The translations under genes and the position numbers were made by a program. A stretch of DNA of 43,650 nucleotides, taken from Deltaproteobacteria bacterium UBA2957 (lineage in GTDB: Bacteria; Myxococcota_A; UBA796). The DNA lies in NCBI GenBank assembly GCA_002348535.1, contig DEBL01000396.1, positions 1 through 43,650 on the forward strand, read 5' to 3'. Shown piece by piece: positions 43,650-43,650 of this stretch (the first letter of the stretch is position 1; each line of letters begins with the position of its first letter). The notes under the pieces were generated by a model. It had not been told where the DNA came from. It saw only the letters and a program-made list of their open reading frames with translations, and searched no databases.

Positions 43650-43650
43650 C

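Noticed and set aside
1-43650. A search by eye for CRISPR repeats, tRNA/tmRNA, IS elements and inverted terminal repeats, integrases, prophage genes, toxin-antitoxin pairs and known defence-system hallmark genes
   Set aside because: None seen. All intergenic gaps are 167 nt or shorter and lack tRNA-like or repeat structure. I could not run a computational repeat or covariance-model scan, so short or degenerate elements could have been missed.

Overview
This is a 43.65 kb window of roughly 60% GC. It is gene-dense, and I call 36 CDS across both strands. Many neighbouring genes are joined by 1-4 nt start/stop overlaps (ATGA, GTGA, TTGA), which I used to define operons.

The content looks like ordinary chromosome of a Gram-negative bacterium. 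A Ser/Thr kinase, many lipobox lipoproteins with acidic linkers, TPR proteins and exported TldD/PmbA paralogues suggest a Myxococcota/Bradymonadia-like ('deltaproteobacterial') lineage. That is a guess from gene content only.

I found no rRNA, tRNA, CRISPR array, transposase, integrase, phage genes or recognisable defence-system hallmark genes (no helicase, nuclease or STAND NTPase).

Genes I recognise:
- Metabolism: hutI (5' partial), mtnA, an Ald-like dehydrogenase, mce, a PQQ sugar dehydrogenase, trpF, trpG, and an Add-family deaminase.
- Envelope and export: tatA, nagZ, an HtrA/DegQ protease, and an EamA transporter coupled to a DUF482/FemAB-like gene.
- Signalling: a kinase-DUF1015-HEAT-like operon.
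- Efflux: a five-gene operon of a LOR/scramblase-like protein, an MFP, two RND permeases and a TolC-like protein.
- Sugar uptake: a sugar ABC importer whose binding protein is fused to the MalF-like permease, with no ATPase gene.
- Sulfation: two tandem TPR-sulfotransferase paralogues co-operonic with ampG.
- Proteolysis: a hyper-acidic small protein translationally coupled to an exported TldD/PmbA pair.
- Redox: a molybdopterin-oxidoreductase homologue lacking the N-terminal Cys cluster.

The best candidates for something undescribed are all inference and need database or experimental checks:
1. The TPR-sulfotransferase x2 / AmpG operon.
2. The acidic protein ending in ...ESDGYEDEEY plus the exported TldD/PmbA module about 2.5 kb downstream of the sulfotransferases, which may be functionally linked to them.
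3. An orphan EAD-like/TM/SH3-like membrane protein.
4. The LOR-like gene coupled to the double-RND efflux operon.

None of these is a demonstrated system. Most of the window is housekeeping or envelope biology.
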